Assembly (NCBI RefSeq): GCF_964213995.1
Contig: NC_135802.1
Span: 47,430,001-47,494,000, forward strand
DNA from: Mustelus asterias
Taxonomy: Eukaryota
DNA length: 64,000 bases
Direction: 5' to 3'
Shown: piece by piece, positions 40,698 through 52,658 of the stretch
Layout of the letters: each line of letters begins with the position of its first letter
Position numbering within the stretch: the first letter of the stretch is position 1
Translations under genes and position numbers: made by a program
The notes under the pieces: model-generated
Told to the model about the DNA's origin: nothing
The model's database searches: none
The model's input: only the letters and a program-made list of their open reading frames with translations

Positions 40698-42060
40698 CCA
40701 ACTGTTACCCCTTTTAACACCAATTTCACAACTAACCTCCCCATCAAATATTTTTCATTGCCTAAAGTCGGTATTGGATTAAGATTCATATATCCTAGAA
40801 ATTGCGCTGACAAACATTGAATAAGTCAATAGTTTCTGCTGGATTGTTTCGATTTCCCAGACCTAATTAACAGCCTAGTTACACAATGAAAATATCTGAA
40901 CTAACTTTCCAATTAAATGGCTAACTGAAAATACAAGATATATGAAAATGAATATTTATGTATTTAACAGCAACTGTGCTTTCCATTGTTATATTTAACA
41001 GTCGGAAAAAGGACGAGCTTTCCTGATGTTCTATGGTGCTGCGAGACTGATTGCTTTGGTGACTGATGCACAGCGTCAGCACCTGTGCACAGTAACAGTC
41101 GCCATGTTAAGGCCTGGCAGACAAGAACCTTGTTAAAGCAAAATCCACTGTGGGATTTCAAGTGTTCACCACTCATTAAAAGACAACGAGTTGTGGAGTA
41201 AACAAAAACTGGGTGTGTTTGGTCCCCAGGGGTGATAGAGACACGTCCTAACTTAGTAAATATTTAAACAGCTTATAAACAGAGGACATGACAGATCCTG
41301 AATCACATTTAACTGCTCGGTCCTGAAAGATACCACCGTTAATTTGGCTGACAAGAATGCCAATCACACAAGCTCAAATCATAAGTGCAATATAGACAGG
41401 AGTAAAGAATCTCTGTTCCATTCTTTTTAATTCAGCCCTTGCAAAATTCAGACAAAATCGCAGACTTCTAAGTTTTTCTAAAAACATGACGGGCCGGATT
41501 TTCCGGCCTTTCCCGTCAGCAGGATCTGCCGGCCCCATCGAAGATGAGCCCGTGATGGATTCCCCAGCGGCAAAGCAAGCAAGCCGTGCAAAACGCCGTA
41601 GACTTCGGTGGGACTGGAAGATCTGCCGGTGGCCAACGACGAACTGTCTCCTCTGTCAGAAATCACGCTGTGGGGGAACCGGAAAATCCCACCCAATAAT
41701 ACTGTATCTGTGAAAATGTATTTAATTTCACTGAATGCTCTATAATTTACATGGACCAATGTAACTGTGCTGGTAATACATCAGTTAACTCGATTGATGG
41801 TGACCCCTGGGCCAAGAAGCCTAAAGAGACCATACTAGCTTGCGCTTCCTCCAGTTGAGGAAAATATTTCGGCCCTGTTGGGGATGGGCACGAAGGCAGC
41901 CATTTGGGCACGGAATTGTGTGCTTAATTGCCGTGGCTCTTCGTCTGCTGCCTGGGCATATTTCTCAGAGCCGGGATGGGGAAACAGCAGGGCTAACCTC
42001 CTGCAAATGGCAGCTTGAGATGTTTAGCTACCTTCCTTAATTGCTCAGGGGGCCTGCCCT

Positions 42061-42452
42061 CATAGAATCCCTACACTGCGGAGAAGGCCATTCAGCCCAT
42101 CAAGCCTGCACCAACTCTGACAGAGGGCAGGATTTTACGGCCTCACTCGCCCCGAAACCATAAAATTCCACCCAAGGTCAACGGACATTTCCATTCCGCC
42201 TCTCGCCCGCTCCAATTTCTGTGGTAGGTGGGACGGTAGAATTCGGCCAGGTCCTCTCCCCTGCCTTATCCCTGTCATACCACACATTTCCCATGGGCCA
42301 ATCCATCTACCCTACGCATCTTGGGACACTATGGGGCAATTTAGCATGGCCAATCCATGTAACCTGCACATGTTTGGACTGTGGGAGGAGGAAGCACCTG
42401 GAGAAAACCCAGGCAGACATGGGAAGAGCATGCAAACGCTACACAGACAGTC
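42061..42452 (-). mobile_element. Decayed HE1 V-SINE with an inserted MITE fragment (~42126-42250)
   Basis: catagaatccctaca tail and V-domain remnants. Confidence 0.7.
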
Positions 42453-44770
42453 CACTAATTGGCCAATTCTGGAAAAATGGCAGATGAGCGGCAGTCCCCC
42501 ACACAGTGACCCCAGCTGGGCCTGATAGCAGGGTCCTGAACCCCATGGGGAAAGTCCTGCTCTAAAAGAGAGAAATATAACTACATTTGGAAACAATCAA
42601 GCATTCAAGTGTTTTCTATTATTACTATAACAATAACCAAAAACAAAAATCAGGTTCAACTCTAGATGGATGGTTTAATTTATTTTGTCAGCAACTAAAT
42701 GCATTCGCATTTTCAGAACAATAGACCATTTTTGCCTAAACTCTTGGAAGTGGTGAGTTTTGAAGCAGCAGATGTGGCCCGCCATTAGCCGGCATTGGGA
42801 ACTCTTGGGCCCATCGCTGTCAACAGGTTTTCCCATTGTTTGCACCGTCCGTTGCCAGGGAACCTGTGACGGGGCGGGCGCTGTCAGTGGGACCGGAAGA
42901 TCCTGACGGTCGGAACGCCTGCAAAATTTTGGCCCTTTTACTTTGCTGGCCAATTGTTTGGTCAGGATCAGGTTAACACAGAATGTACAAATAAACTCAG
43001 GATTTATTTTGTTACCATATTGCATCTCCTCTGTGGGCAGTGCAGCAAGAGATTAAAGGTTTAGAGGTTCAAGGCCACAAGAGGTGATTCAATGTTAGCT
43101 GATTTAAGGGGCCAAATATGCACTGTGTCTTTGGTTTCAGCATAAGTGCCAGGAATAGCCTGCTACCTGAACGCAGCAGAAGTCAGTGGGAGAGGTTTCC
43201 TCTATGGGAGATATCAGCCAGCTGGGCCCGGAACCATGGCAGTGGCCAGCATCAAGGAACTCAGAACAGGCAGAGCTGCATTTGGCTCTATATAAAGGGG
43301 CCAAAGCAAAAGTCCGAATGAGAAATAACTGTGATTCAGGCCAAGTCCCTGGCCTGGGCCCCCTTCTCTGTCTGTGAGAATCAGAGAGCTCCTTTAGTTA
43401 CAGGCGGTCTTTGAGTTCAGACAAACGGCACTTATGATGCTTGTATGTTGACACCCTTTTCAAATTTATAACACCGTTCAGACTTCCATGCCAGCTCACC
43501 TTTAATATTTTTATCATACATAAACACTACTGCCTATACACGGAAACAGAGTCAAATAATCCAACAGCCAGTAGGTCGCTGACCTGGAACATGCTGGGGG
43601 AAGTTGTGATACATTTGGCCCCCTGCACCCCTCACTCACCAGGCCATAACACCAGGTTGGAAGGTCGGATTGGTGCGCGGTCACCAGCTGGTTACGGGGC
43701 TTGGCGGTCTATGGAGAATGGTCGCTGTGGCCCGCTGCCTGGGCGAGCTACAGCCCAGAAAGTGAAGAATGGTTTTCGGCGGATCATTTTGGCACACCGT
43801 ACCCAGGAAGTGTTAGCCAGGCCCGAGCCAAAACCAAGTCAGCCGCACCCCAGGAAAGGTATCCGGCAGAGGTTTGAATGTCTGAAACCCAGGGGAAAAG
43901 CGGTCGCTGGTAAAAAGCATGCTTTTCCTCACTGACAGAACCAATGCCCCATTTTTAACATTGTTCCTCTGGGAAAATCGACTTGCGACATTTTGGCTTA
44001 GGGCGCTGATTCCAGGAATGAATTTTGTCCCAAGTCCAAGGACTGCCTGAATTGGTCAATTGCATGGTTGCAGCTCCAAGGTCAGGAATGAGGCAAGCCC
44101 CCACTTCTGGGTTACATGGAAGTTCCACCTCAAACAAGATCCCCGAAGGAAATGAGCGGAGAAGGCTGGTATTTAATCTATCAGGATACAAGCCCGAGTC
44201 TGGAGCCTTTCACTAACTTACAGTGGCCGTGCTTTGGAAAGCGTATGGAAATTTGGGACTATGGCATCTCTGGATATGTCACTTATTTGGGATTCAGCCA
44301 GCAGCAGTCCATAAAGGAATGTACCTCAGTGATATAGGCAGAATTTATACACAAGCAACATGCTCAATGCAGGGGCACAAGCACTGGGTCAGAAACTGGA
44401 TTGTAGCTGGAGCCGGCTTTGTTGTGGCTGTTCTTTTGATCGCAGAATGCTGGCGTGATGACGACTCTGACACTCTGAATCAAGGCTCGATATGTAATGG
44501 GATCTGGGCAAGGGTCAGTATTCCAGATTGATTCCTGAAGCTTCAGCAACCAAAAGGATAGAAGTGCAATGTGGCAAGGCAGCCCCTGATACTCTGACTC
44601 TTCTGTGGAATTCCTGTTGCAAGCTGGGAGGAGCCATTATTGTTTCCCTCAAACAGAAAGCAGAGGCCCAGCCTCTTAGACCAAACAGGCATGGCTGGAA
44701 ATGATAGATCTAGTGAGCAGTGTAGTATAAGGGTTAATGTGGGACTGAGTACAGGTCCCTCCTGGTTCTT

Positions 44771-44835
44771 GGCTCCATAGCTCAATGGTTAGCACACTGG
44801 TCTTGTAAACCAGGAGTCACAAGTTCAATTCTTCA
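44771..44835 (+). pseudogene. tRNA-Thr(TGT) pseudogene, 3' end decayed
   Basis: ggctccatagctcaatggttagcacactggtcTTGTaaaccaggagtcacaagttcaattct closely follows vertebrate tRNA-Thr-TGT; anticodon stem ctggt/accag is intact, but the acceptor-stem 3' strand is lost. Confidence 0.8.
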
Positions 44836-45279
44836 GGGATCAGTTGGCTGGGTGGATAGTTTGTGATATGGAGTGACATCAAGAGCAAGCATTTAATTCC
44901 CATAATGGCTGGGGTCATTTATAAACCTACTGAAGACTACAAAGACAACACCTCTGTAACAACAACCTTGCAACAAGCAGCAACTGTTGATTTCTCACAC
45001 TTAGATTTTGTGATGCAAGAGATTCCATGAAGGTGGGAAGGTTTAGTGGTCCCAGGTGTTGGATACCCACACTCTGAACTCCCCCAAATCTACTGCACAG
45101 CACTCCTCAGACTAGTAGACTTCGCAGCTGCACTCCTCTCTCTATGAAGGCACTGTCCTCACACCCACTGACGCTCACCCTGATCTCAGTGCCATCCCAG
45201 ACATATCCCCCACATCCATTCTCCTCAAATGTTCTCATTCCATCCTTTCCATACAATTCACAGCTCACGCCTGCTTTCT

Positions 45280-45430
45280 TTCTCTGCAAAGAACACCTGG
45301 GAGAGACAGAGAACCGGAGGTGGCCCTCCAATGAAGCTAGCCTGTCCACTGCAGAGGCAGCAGCAATGGAGATTAGCTGGGTGGCGGAGTGCAAAGCTGT
45401 TGCTGGTGAGATGGGAGTCTCCCGGATACC
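45280..45430 (+). pseudogene. Harbinger transposon Myb/SANT-like protein remnant
   Basis: AKNTWERQRTGGGPP / LSTAEAAAMEI (frameshifted) resembles the N..ER..TGGG.P...LT..EE motif of Harbinger accessory proteins. Confidence 0.6.
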
Positions 45431-46192
45431 GGGCGACAGAATTAGAAACCACACTGCCACTCGGCACACAACCATCGCTGAGGTTGACTTCTTGTCACCG
45501 TTTAGTGAAATTTGAACATCTGCACAATGTTGACTCTTTGCCCTTTATTTCCCGCAGCTTTGAGCATAACGCAGGAGCTGGAGGAAGGAGGAGGCAGGCG
45601 AGTTCTCAGGGGTCACACAGGCTGAAGAAACACTGGCACAGGACGGATGAATAACTTCCACCATCTCGGATGCAAACCCTACAGTGGGTCTCCTAAATTG
45701 TTTGGAGTATTTGGGTGGCTTTGGTGCTACAATGCAGGACGAATGTGAAAAACTGTCACTGAAGGAAGCACGACCGTGCTTACTGAGGGGCTACTGCATG
45801 GCCAACTCCCACTGGGGTGAAGAAAACTTCCCAGCCATACATTAAAGGCATGATCAACATTTATCAGCATTTATCAGTGCAATGCCAGTGCAGCACAAGA
45901 AGCTTTTTCAACTCTTAATGATGGAATATAGGAAATATTTCTAATGACCCCACCTCAACCACCCTTTGGGGCAGAGAATTCTAGAGATTCACCACCCTCT
46001 GAGAGAAGAAATTTCTGAGTTTTAAATGACTGGCCCTTTATCTTGTAGCTATGCCCCCTAGCCGAGACTCTCCCACCAGTGAAGCATCTCACTATCCATT
46101 CTGTCAAGCCCCCTCAGGATCTTATATGTTTGAATAAGGTCACCCCTCACTCTTCTAAACTCAAAGGAAGACAGACCCAGACTATTTCCTGG

Positions 46193-46776
46193 GAACGGAG
46201 TGGGAATGGAGGGATACAAAAGAGTGGTCTAGTTTGGACCAGGGAGCGGCGCGGGCTAATTGTTCTTTGTTTCTCGTTTCAAGGCTTCATTCTATGATCA
46301 TCTTGCTGGTGCCAGTACAGAGCGAGACTGCGGATAGTTGGGAACCTGTCTCGGGGGCAGGGAATTCAGATGGTGTTCGTAAAGCAGAAGTGGAAATGAA
46401 TAGGGTTGGGAAGCATTTTCTGATCAGGGCCAGTGTGATCTCCTGGACTCGTTTCGATCGCCTCAGGGGGTCGGAGAGGAATTTCCCAGATTTTTTTTCC
46501 CCATATTGGCCCTGGGGTTTTCACTCTGGGTTTTCGCCTCTCCCTGGAGATCACATGGTCTGGAATGGGGGGGTGGGGGTGAGTTAATAGGTTGTGATGA
46601 ACAAAGCATCGTAGCTGTGAGGGACAGCTCGGTGGATAGGATATTAGGATGTAGATAGGCTGGAAAATTGGGCGGGGATCCTGGATTCAGGATTCAATCC
46701 TGGACCGGGGAGCGGCGCGGGCTTGGAGGGCCGAAGGGCCTGTTCCTGTGCTGTATTGTTCTTTGTTCTTGTTCTT
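46193..46776 (+). mobile_element. Young CR1 3' end carrying a ~443-nt internal passenger, inserted in an older CR1 fragment (~45940-46890, -)
   Basis: Near-identical to the reverse complement of 62859-63445; 23-nt direct repeats at 46235-46257 and 46701-46723. Confidence 0.85.
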
Positions 46777-48134
46777 ATTTCATCTTTCTTGATAGGACAA
46801 CCCTCTCATCCCAGGAATTAGCCTGGTGAATCTCCTTTGGATTGCCTCCAATGTTACTTTATCCTTTTTTAGGTAAGGGGACCAAATCTGTATGCAACTG
46901 AACTGTAATTCATGCCCAGGATGCCATTGAATAAATAAGGACTCCCAAGGTAAAATTATTTAGGCAAATTTAATTTAGGTAAGAAGAAAGTCTTTTTATT
47001 GTTAATGATGTCTGCCAAGACCCTAAGTTTAGTTAACCTTGCTCGTGGACTTAGATTAGCACCTCTAATTATTATAAATATAAGTATACAAATTCAATGC
47101 ACCAGTCATGACTTTTCATCTTGAAAAGATCAATGCGAAACAGAAAGCATCTCAAAATAAAATGGCTAGTGGTTTGATTTTCATGAACATTTGTTTGTCA
47201 ATCCCAGTGCAGACACGATAGGCCAAACAGCCTCCTTCTATGCTGTTGATTTGATTAGAAATATAACTAGCTATTACTTAAATATGGATAAAATGCAACA
47301 GAATACATTACAAACTAACGATTACAAATATATCCAGTTTAATTATACCAGCATATATTTATTATCAGATGTAACGTCACATCAAAAGCAAACATGGGCA
47401 CTAGGGATAGACTGCGTAATTAAGCAAGTTGCTTTCAAGGGAAACAGAGACAATAGCACCAAATGGTCTTTGTCCAAAGCATTCACACATCGCTTCTTAT
47501 CATTTCCCAATAAGACTTTTTTCCCCTGGGCAGCACATTTTCTCCCATTTATTTCAGATTTATAGTATGTTTTTCTTTTCAGCCACACTCTCATTTTCTG
47601 TGTTAAATTTATTTCCGAATAGTTACAAAATACCCAAATGTAAGTTACCAAGAAACCAGTAACCAGCACATGACTCAATTTTCAGATCGTATCTTAAAGT
47701 AACAAAACATGCCAAACATCAAAGCAGAAAACACAAAGCATCAATACGACTGAACTTAACACACAAAGATCAAAGCACAGTAACAACAGCCATAAAGATT
47801 TTTTTTCTCTCTGTTTCACCTAAACTAATGCACAGGACAATCTAATACAATACTGACAGTCCTGTTGTCCAGTTGCTAGGTAGCAGGGAATGTCCCAGTG
47901 GCATAATTAGCATGATTCTCAAAAGTTTATGCACATAGCTAGCTCTCTGATGAGTCTCTTGTGCATGCTTTAGAACCAATCAAAATCTGAATCTCTGCAA
48001 ATCATGTGTTGCAATTATGTGGTCCTAGTGTTCACTCATTTTTCAAGAAAGAAACTTGTTCATGCTGATCGAGCTTAAGATTTCAATGCTAATTATGCAA
48101 TGGGCAGGACCGACATGTAACAATATTGACTTAC

Positions 48135-48154
48135 CGATTTCTGCTTCTGTTTAG
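48135..48154 (-). CDS. CACNB2: CACNB2 alternative micro-exon 7B (AKQKQKS)
   Basis: tatag|CTAAACAGAAGCAGAAATCG|gtaagt; 20 bp. Confidence 0.93.
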
Positions 48155-48307
48155 CTATAGAAACATTGAAGAAAAAAACAAGAATAACAGGGCATGCATA
48201 TTATTGACTTTTCACAGGACACATACAAATACAAGACATACTGCTGGTTATGTGACATACTGCTGGTTAGCACGTGCGACAGACTGCAGTTTAGGAAGTA
48301 TGGTTAC

Positions 48308-48441
48308 CTTCTTAAAGAAGGGCATTCTTTTCTCTTTAGACTGGGGAGACGTTAGACTGTTTACACTGGCTATAGGGGAGCGGTGATTTGCCGGGGGATC
48401 ATTGTCTTCTGCATCTAAGCCACTGGCATCTAAATCAAAAG
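48308..48441 (-). CDS. CACNB2: CACNB2 alternative exon 7A (long HOOK)
   Basis: [45 protein letters not shown]; 134 bp. Confidence 0.95.
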
Positions 48442-48846
48442 CTACACAGGCAGATAGGTCCAGGGTACCAGGCAAGAGGGGAAGGAAGGAAAACAGGAGT
48501 TGAATGAATGGGAGTAATTCAAATAAAATATACAGTGGCACATATAAAGTAAAATATGGCAATGTACAAACAGTAAAAGAAAAGGAACCAAAGACAACAC
48601 ACCTATTTATGTCAAATATAAAACAAGAGACAAACAATGAATTGTGCCATAAATACCGAGAAGTTTAAACTGGAGCTTCTGGAAAAAAAGGTAAATAAAT
48701 TCTCTGCAGAAAGAATTTGGCTTACTTAATCATTACAACAATAAACACACTTCATTATTCACTTGCAAACATCAGATTGAAACTCTATTGGCAGGTTTGT
48801 TAACAGTGGCAAACTTCAAATAAGGAAGCATCCTTATCCATCCTGT

Positions 48847-49178
48847 GGGGAGGCAGTGGCGCAGATGTATTGTCACTAGACTAGTAATCCAGAGACCCAG
48901 GGTAACGCTCTGGGGACCTGGGTATGAATCCCACCATGGCAGATGGTGAACTTTGAATTCAATTTTTAAAAAATCTGGATGACCACGAAACCATTGTTGC
49001 AAAAACCCACATCGTTCACTAATGTCCTTTAGGAAGGAAATCTGTTGTCCTTACCTGGTCTGGCCTACATGTGACTCCAGATCCACAGCAATGTGGGCGA
49101 CTCTTAATTGCCCTCAAGGATGGGCAATAAATGCTGACTCAGCCAGCAATGTCCACATCCCATGAATGAATAACAAAA
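48847..49178 (+). mobile_element. SacSINE1/DeuSINE-type SINE
   Basis: tRNA-like head gggaggcagtggcgcag..., conserved core and catcccatgaatgaataa tail. Confidence 0.85.
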
Positions 49179-49385
49179 GTGAGACTTTCATTATCACCTT
49201 TAATCTATTTGTGTAAAAACAGACAGTATGATGGTTCAGTTTGTGGACATTAATTGTGCACTTAAGGACATCAATTGGCAGCAGGGCAGAAGGCCATAAT
49301 CAGGGTGCGGCAGGAAGGTGGTGGGGTCCCCACATGCCATCCTCCTACCTCATTAACTGAAACCCCCCCACCCCAACGCCAAACA

Positions 49386-49731
49386 GGGCGGCATGGTAGC
49401 ACAGTGGTTAGCACTGCTGCTTCACAGCTCCAGGGTCCCGGGTTCGATTCCCGGCTCGGGTCAATGTCTGTGTGGAGTTTGCACATTCTCCTCGTGTCTG
49501 CGTGGGTTTCCTCCGGGTGCTCCGGTTTCCTCCCACAGTCCAAAGATGTGCGGGTTAGGTTGATTGGCCAGGTTTTAAAAAAATTGCCCCTTAGAGTCCT
49601 GGGATGTGTAGGTTAGAGGGATTAGTGGGTAAAATATGTGGGGGTAGGGCCTGGGTGGGATTGTGGTCGGTGCAGACTCGATGGGCCGAATGGCCTCCTT
49701 CTGCACTGTAGGGTTTCTATGATTTCTATGA
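49386..49731 (+). mobile_element. HE1 V-SINE, full length
   Basis: A box and B box (ggttcgattcc), V-domain and (tttctatga)n tail. Confidence 0.92.
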
Positions 49732-51889
49732 TATCCTGGGGGAGGTAACTGAATTGTGCACACACACTCATAAGAAAAATTATTACATTAATCTGCAAAT
49801 ATAGTCATTCAATTCTTTTCTTGAAATCACTTATGTTTACATGGGATCAAGGTGCATTTAAATTACTTGGCTTGTTATTATCCACTTCTGTTTCTCTTCT
49901 CTCAAGGCCTCAGTTTCTGTGCTAAGTACCCTTCCAGTAGATATTGTCAGGCTAAGTAAACATGGCTCTCGAATAGACTGGATCTTAAACTATGTCTGGC
50001 AGAGGCAGAGGCAGAGCCCGGCAGCCTGCACTACTACTGGGATCAGTACGGAGAAAAGAAAATCAAAACAAGGGGAAAGAATATTCAGGTCAATAGACCA
50101 TGACTGAAAAAGTCCAGCCAATTTCAAATTATTCTTTGTAATCAAATGTCAGGAAAAATATTATAAAGTAACGGGAGGACTTCAAGGAGAGGCTACAGAA
50201 AATTTGTTCTTGTTCTGTTCCAATGCCATCTGCTCACACCCCGCTGAAGATCTAGTTCTTATTACCACGTGTAATTGCAATTTAATCTTTGAGAAATAGC
50301 GTCAAGCCAAGCACTTGTATATCAGTGCATCCAATTACCAAACCCATCCTTACAACCCACAGCTCACATTTCCGCTTCAGGTCGCAGGCATCCAACCCAC
50401 ACAAATAATTCAGTTTCATCATGTACAGAAATCCTAGCAATGCCCTAATCAATATGAAGCTCTCCACACCAGTCATACTACAGACATAATTCACATTTAA
50501 GCCTATAGACCAAATGGCAATCCTGTAAATTATGGTGTTCCAACAAGAGATTAAGGGGCCAATTTTAATATGCTCAAAACCCTAAAAATCATGGCATTCA
50601 AAATCATTTCCAATCGCCAATGGAACAGAATGTTAGAAAGTGAATACTTCTTATCATCCTAAGCAACAGGGGCTTTGGGATTCTGTAGTCGCCTTCATCA
50701 TTTGCTATTTGTCACCAGATGGACCACTTACTTCCCTCAACATCTCTGCTCCAATTTGAGAAACCTCTTGGTTTGCTTCAATTTGCATGTCTTATGGATG
50801 AAAGAGAATTAATTACAACTAATTTAAAAAGTGCAATCAGTAAGAAAGCTCTGAACTGCTCAGGTTTTTACTCCCCCTGTCTGCTAATAGCATTTCAATA
50901 AACTCTATTTATTTTGGAATTAACAAGGTTATTTTTTCATCTTTAGGTGTGCGTATGGAGCTAAAATGAAATGGAAAGAACTGGATTGGATATCTGGTTA
51001 AGGACATACTGAAAATCTAAAGATGATTAAATACATGTCTGGCTCCTATATTATGATGTGGAGATGCCGGCGTTGGACTGGGGTAAGCACAGTAAGAAGT
51101 CTCACAACACCAGGTTAAAGTCCAACAGGTTTATTTGGTAGCAAATACCATAAGCTTTCGGAGCAATGCTCCTTCGTCAGATGGAGTGGTCTCTGTTCTC
51201 AAACAGGGCACAGACACAGAAATCAAATTACAGAATACTGATTAGAATGCAAATCTCTACAGCCAGCCAGGTCTTAAATGTACAGACAATGTGGGTGGAG
51301 GGAGCATTCAACACAGGTTAAAGAGATGTGTATTGTCTCCAGACAGTACAGCTTGTGAAATTGTGCAAGTCCAGGAGGCAAGCTGTGGGGGTTACTGATA
51401 ATGTGACATAAATCCAACATCCCAGTTTAGACCGTCCTCATGTGTGCGGAACTTGGCTATCAGTTTCTGCTCAGTGACTCTGCGCTGTCATGTGTCGTGA
51501 AGGCCGCCTTGGTGAAGACGAACATCTCGCCAAGGCCATCCCCACACCCCGGCACGGTAGCACAGTGGTCAGCACTGCTGCTTCACAGCTCCAGGGACCT
51601 GAGTTCGATTCCCGGCTTGGGTCACTGTCTGTGTGGAGTTTGCACATTCTCCTCGTGTCTGTGTGGGTTTCCTCCAGGCGCTCCGGTTTCCTCCCACAGT
51701 CCAAAGATGTGCGGGTTAGGTTGATTGGCCATGCTAAAAATTGCCCCTTAGTGTCCTGAGTAGGTTAGAGGGATTAGCGGGTAAATGTGTAGGGATATGG
51801 GAGTAGGGCCTGGGTGGGATTGTGGTCGGTGCAGACTTGATGGGCCGAATGGCCTGTTTCTGCACTGTAGGGTTTCTATGATTCTATGA

Positions 51890-52414
51890 CCCCCACTTCT
51901 TGCCTTCAAACAACCACGCAACCTCAAACAGACCATTGTCCGCAGCAAACTACCCAGCCTTCAGGAGAACAGTGACCACAACACCACACAATCCTGCCAC
52001 AGCAACCTCTGCAAGACGTGCCGGATCATCAACACGGATGCCATCATCTCACGTGAGAACACCATCTACCAGGTACACGGTACCTACTCTTGCAACTCGG
52101 CCAACATTGTCTACCTGATACGCTGCAAGAAAGGATGTCCCGAGGCATGGTACATTGGGGAAACCATGCAGACGCTACGACAACGGATGAATGAACACCG
52201 CTCGACGATCACCAGGCAAGACTGTTCTCTTCCTGTGGGGGAGCACTTCAGCAGTCACGGGCATTCAGCCTTGGATCTTCAGGTAAGCGTTCTCCAAGGC
52301 GGCCTTCACGACACATGACAGCGCAGAGTCACTGAGCAGAAACTGATAGCCAAGTTCCGCACACATGAGGACGGTCTAAACCGGGATGTTGGATTTATGT
52401 CACATTATCAGTAA
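51890..52414 (+). pseudogene. PLE ORF C-terminus: Cys linker plus GIY-YIG endonuclease, one premature stop
   Basis: PPLLAFKQPRNLKQTIVRSKL..CHSNLCKTC..NIVYLIRCKKGCPEAWYIGETMQTLRQRMNEHR..VGEHF..EQKLIAKFRTHEDGLN; TGA at 52316-52318. Confidence 0.9.
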
Positions 52415-52621
52415 CCCCCACAGCTTGCCTCCTGGACTTGCACAATTTCACAAGCTGTACTGTCTGGAGACAATACACATCTCTTTAACCTGTGTTGAAT
52501 GCTCCCTCCACCCACATTGTCTGTACATTTAAGACCTGGCTGGCTGTAGAGATTTGCATTCTAATCAGTATTCTGTAATTTGATTTCTGTGTCTGTGCCC
52601 TGTTTGAGAACAGAGACCACT

Positions 52622-52658
52622 CCATCTGACGAAGGAGCATTGCTCCGAAAGCTTATGG
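52622..52658 (+). ncRNA. Minimal hammerhead ribozyme motif (mirror copy on - at ~51148-51184)
   Basis: ccat CTGACGA a ggagc-att-gctcc GAAA gc TT atgg. Confidence 0.8.

Noticed and set aside
44771-44845. Functional tRNA-Thr gene
   Set aside because: The acceptor stem cannot close, the D and T arms are mutated, and there is no poly-T terminator.
47750-47830. Possible third alternative exon (7C-like) after a tttag acceptor on the - strand
   Set aside because: There is no convincing donor or recognisable similarity to mammalian exon 7C.
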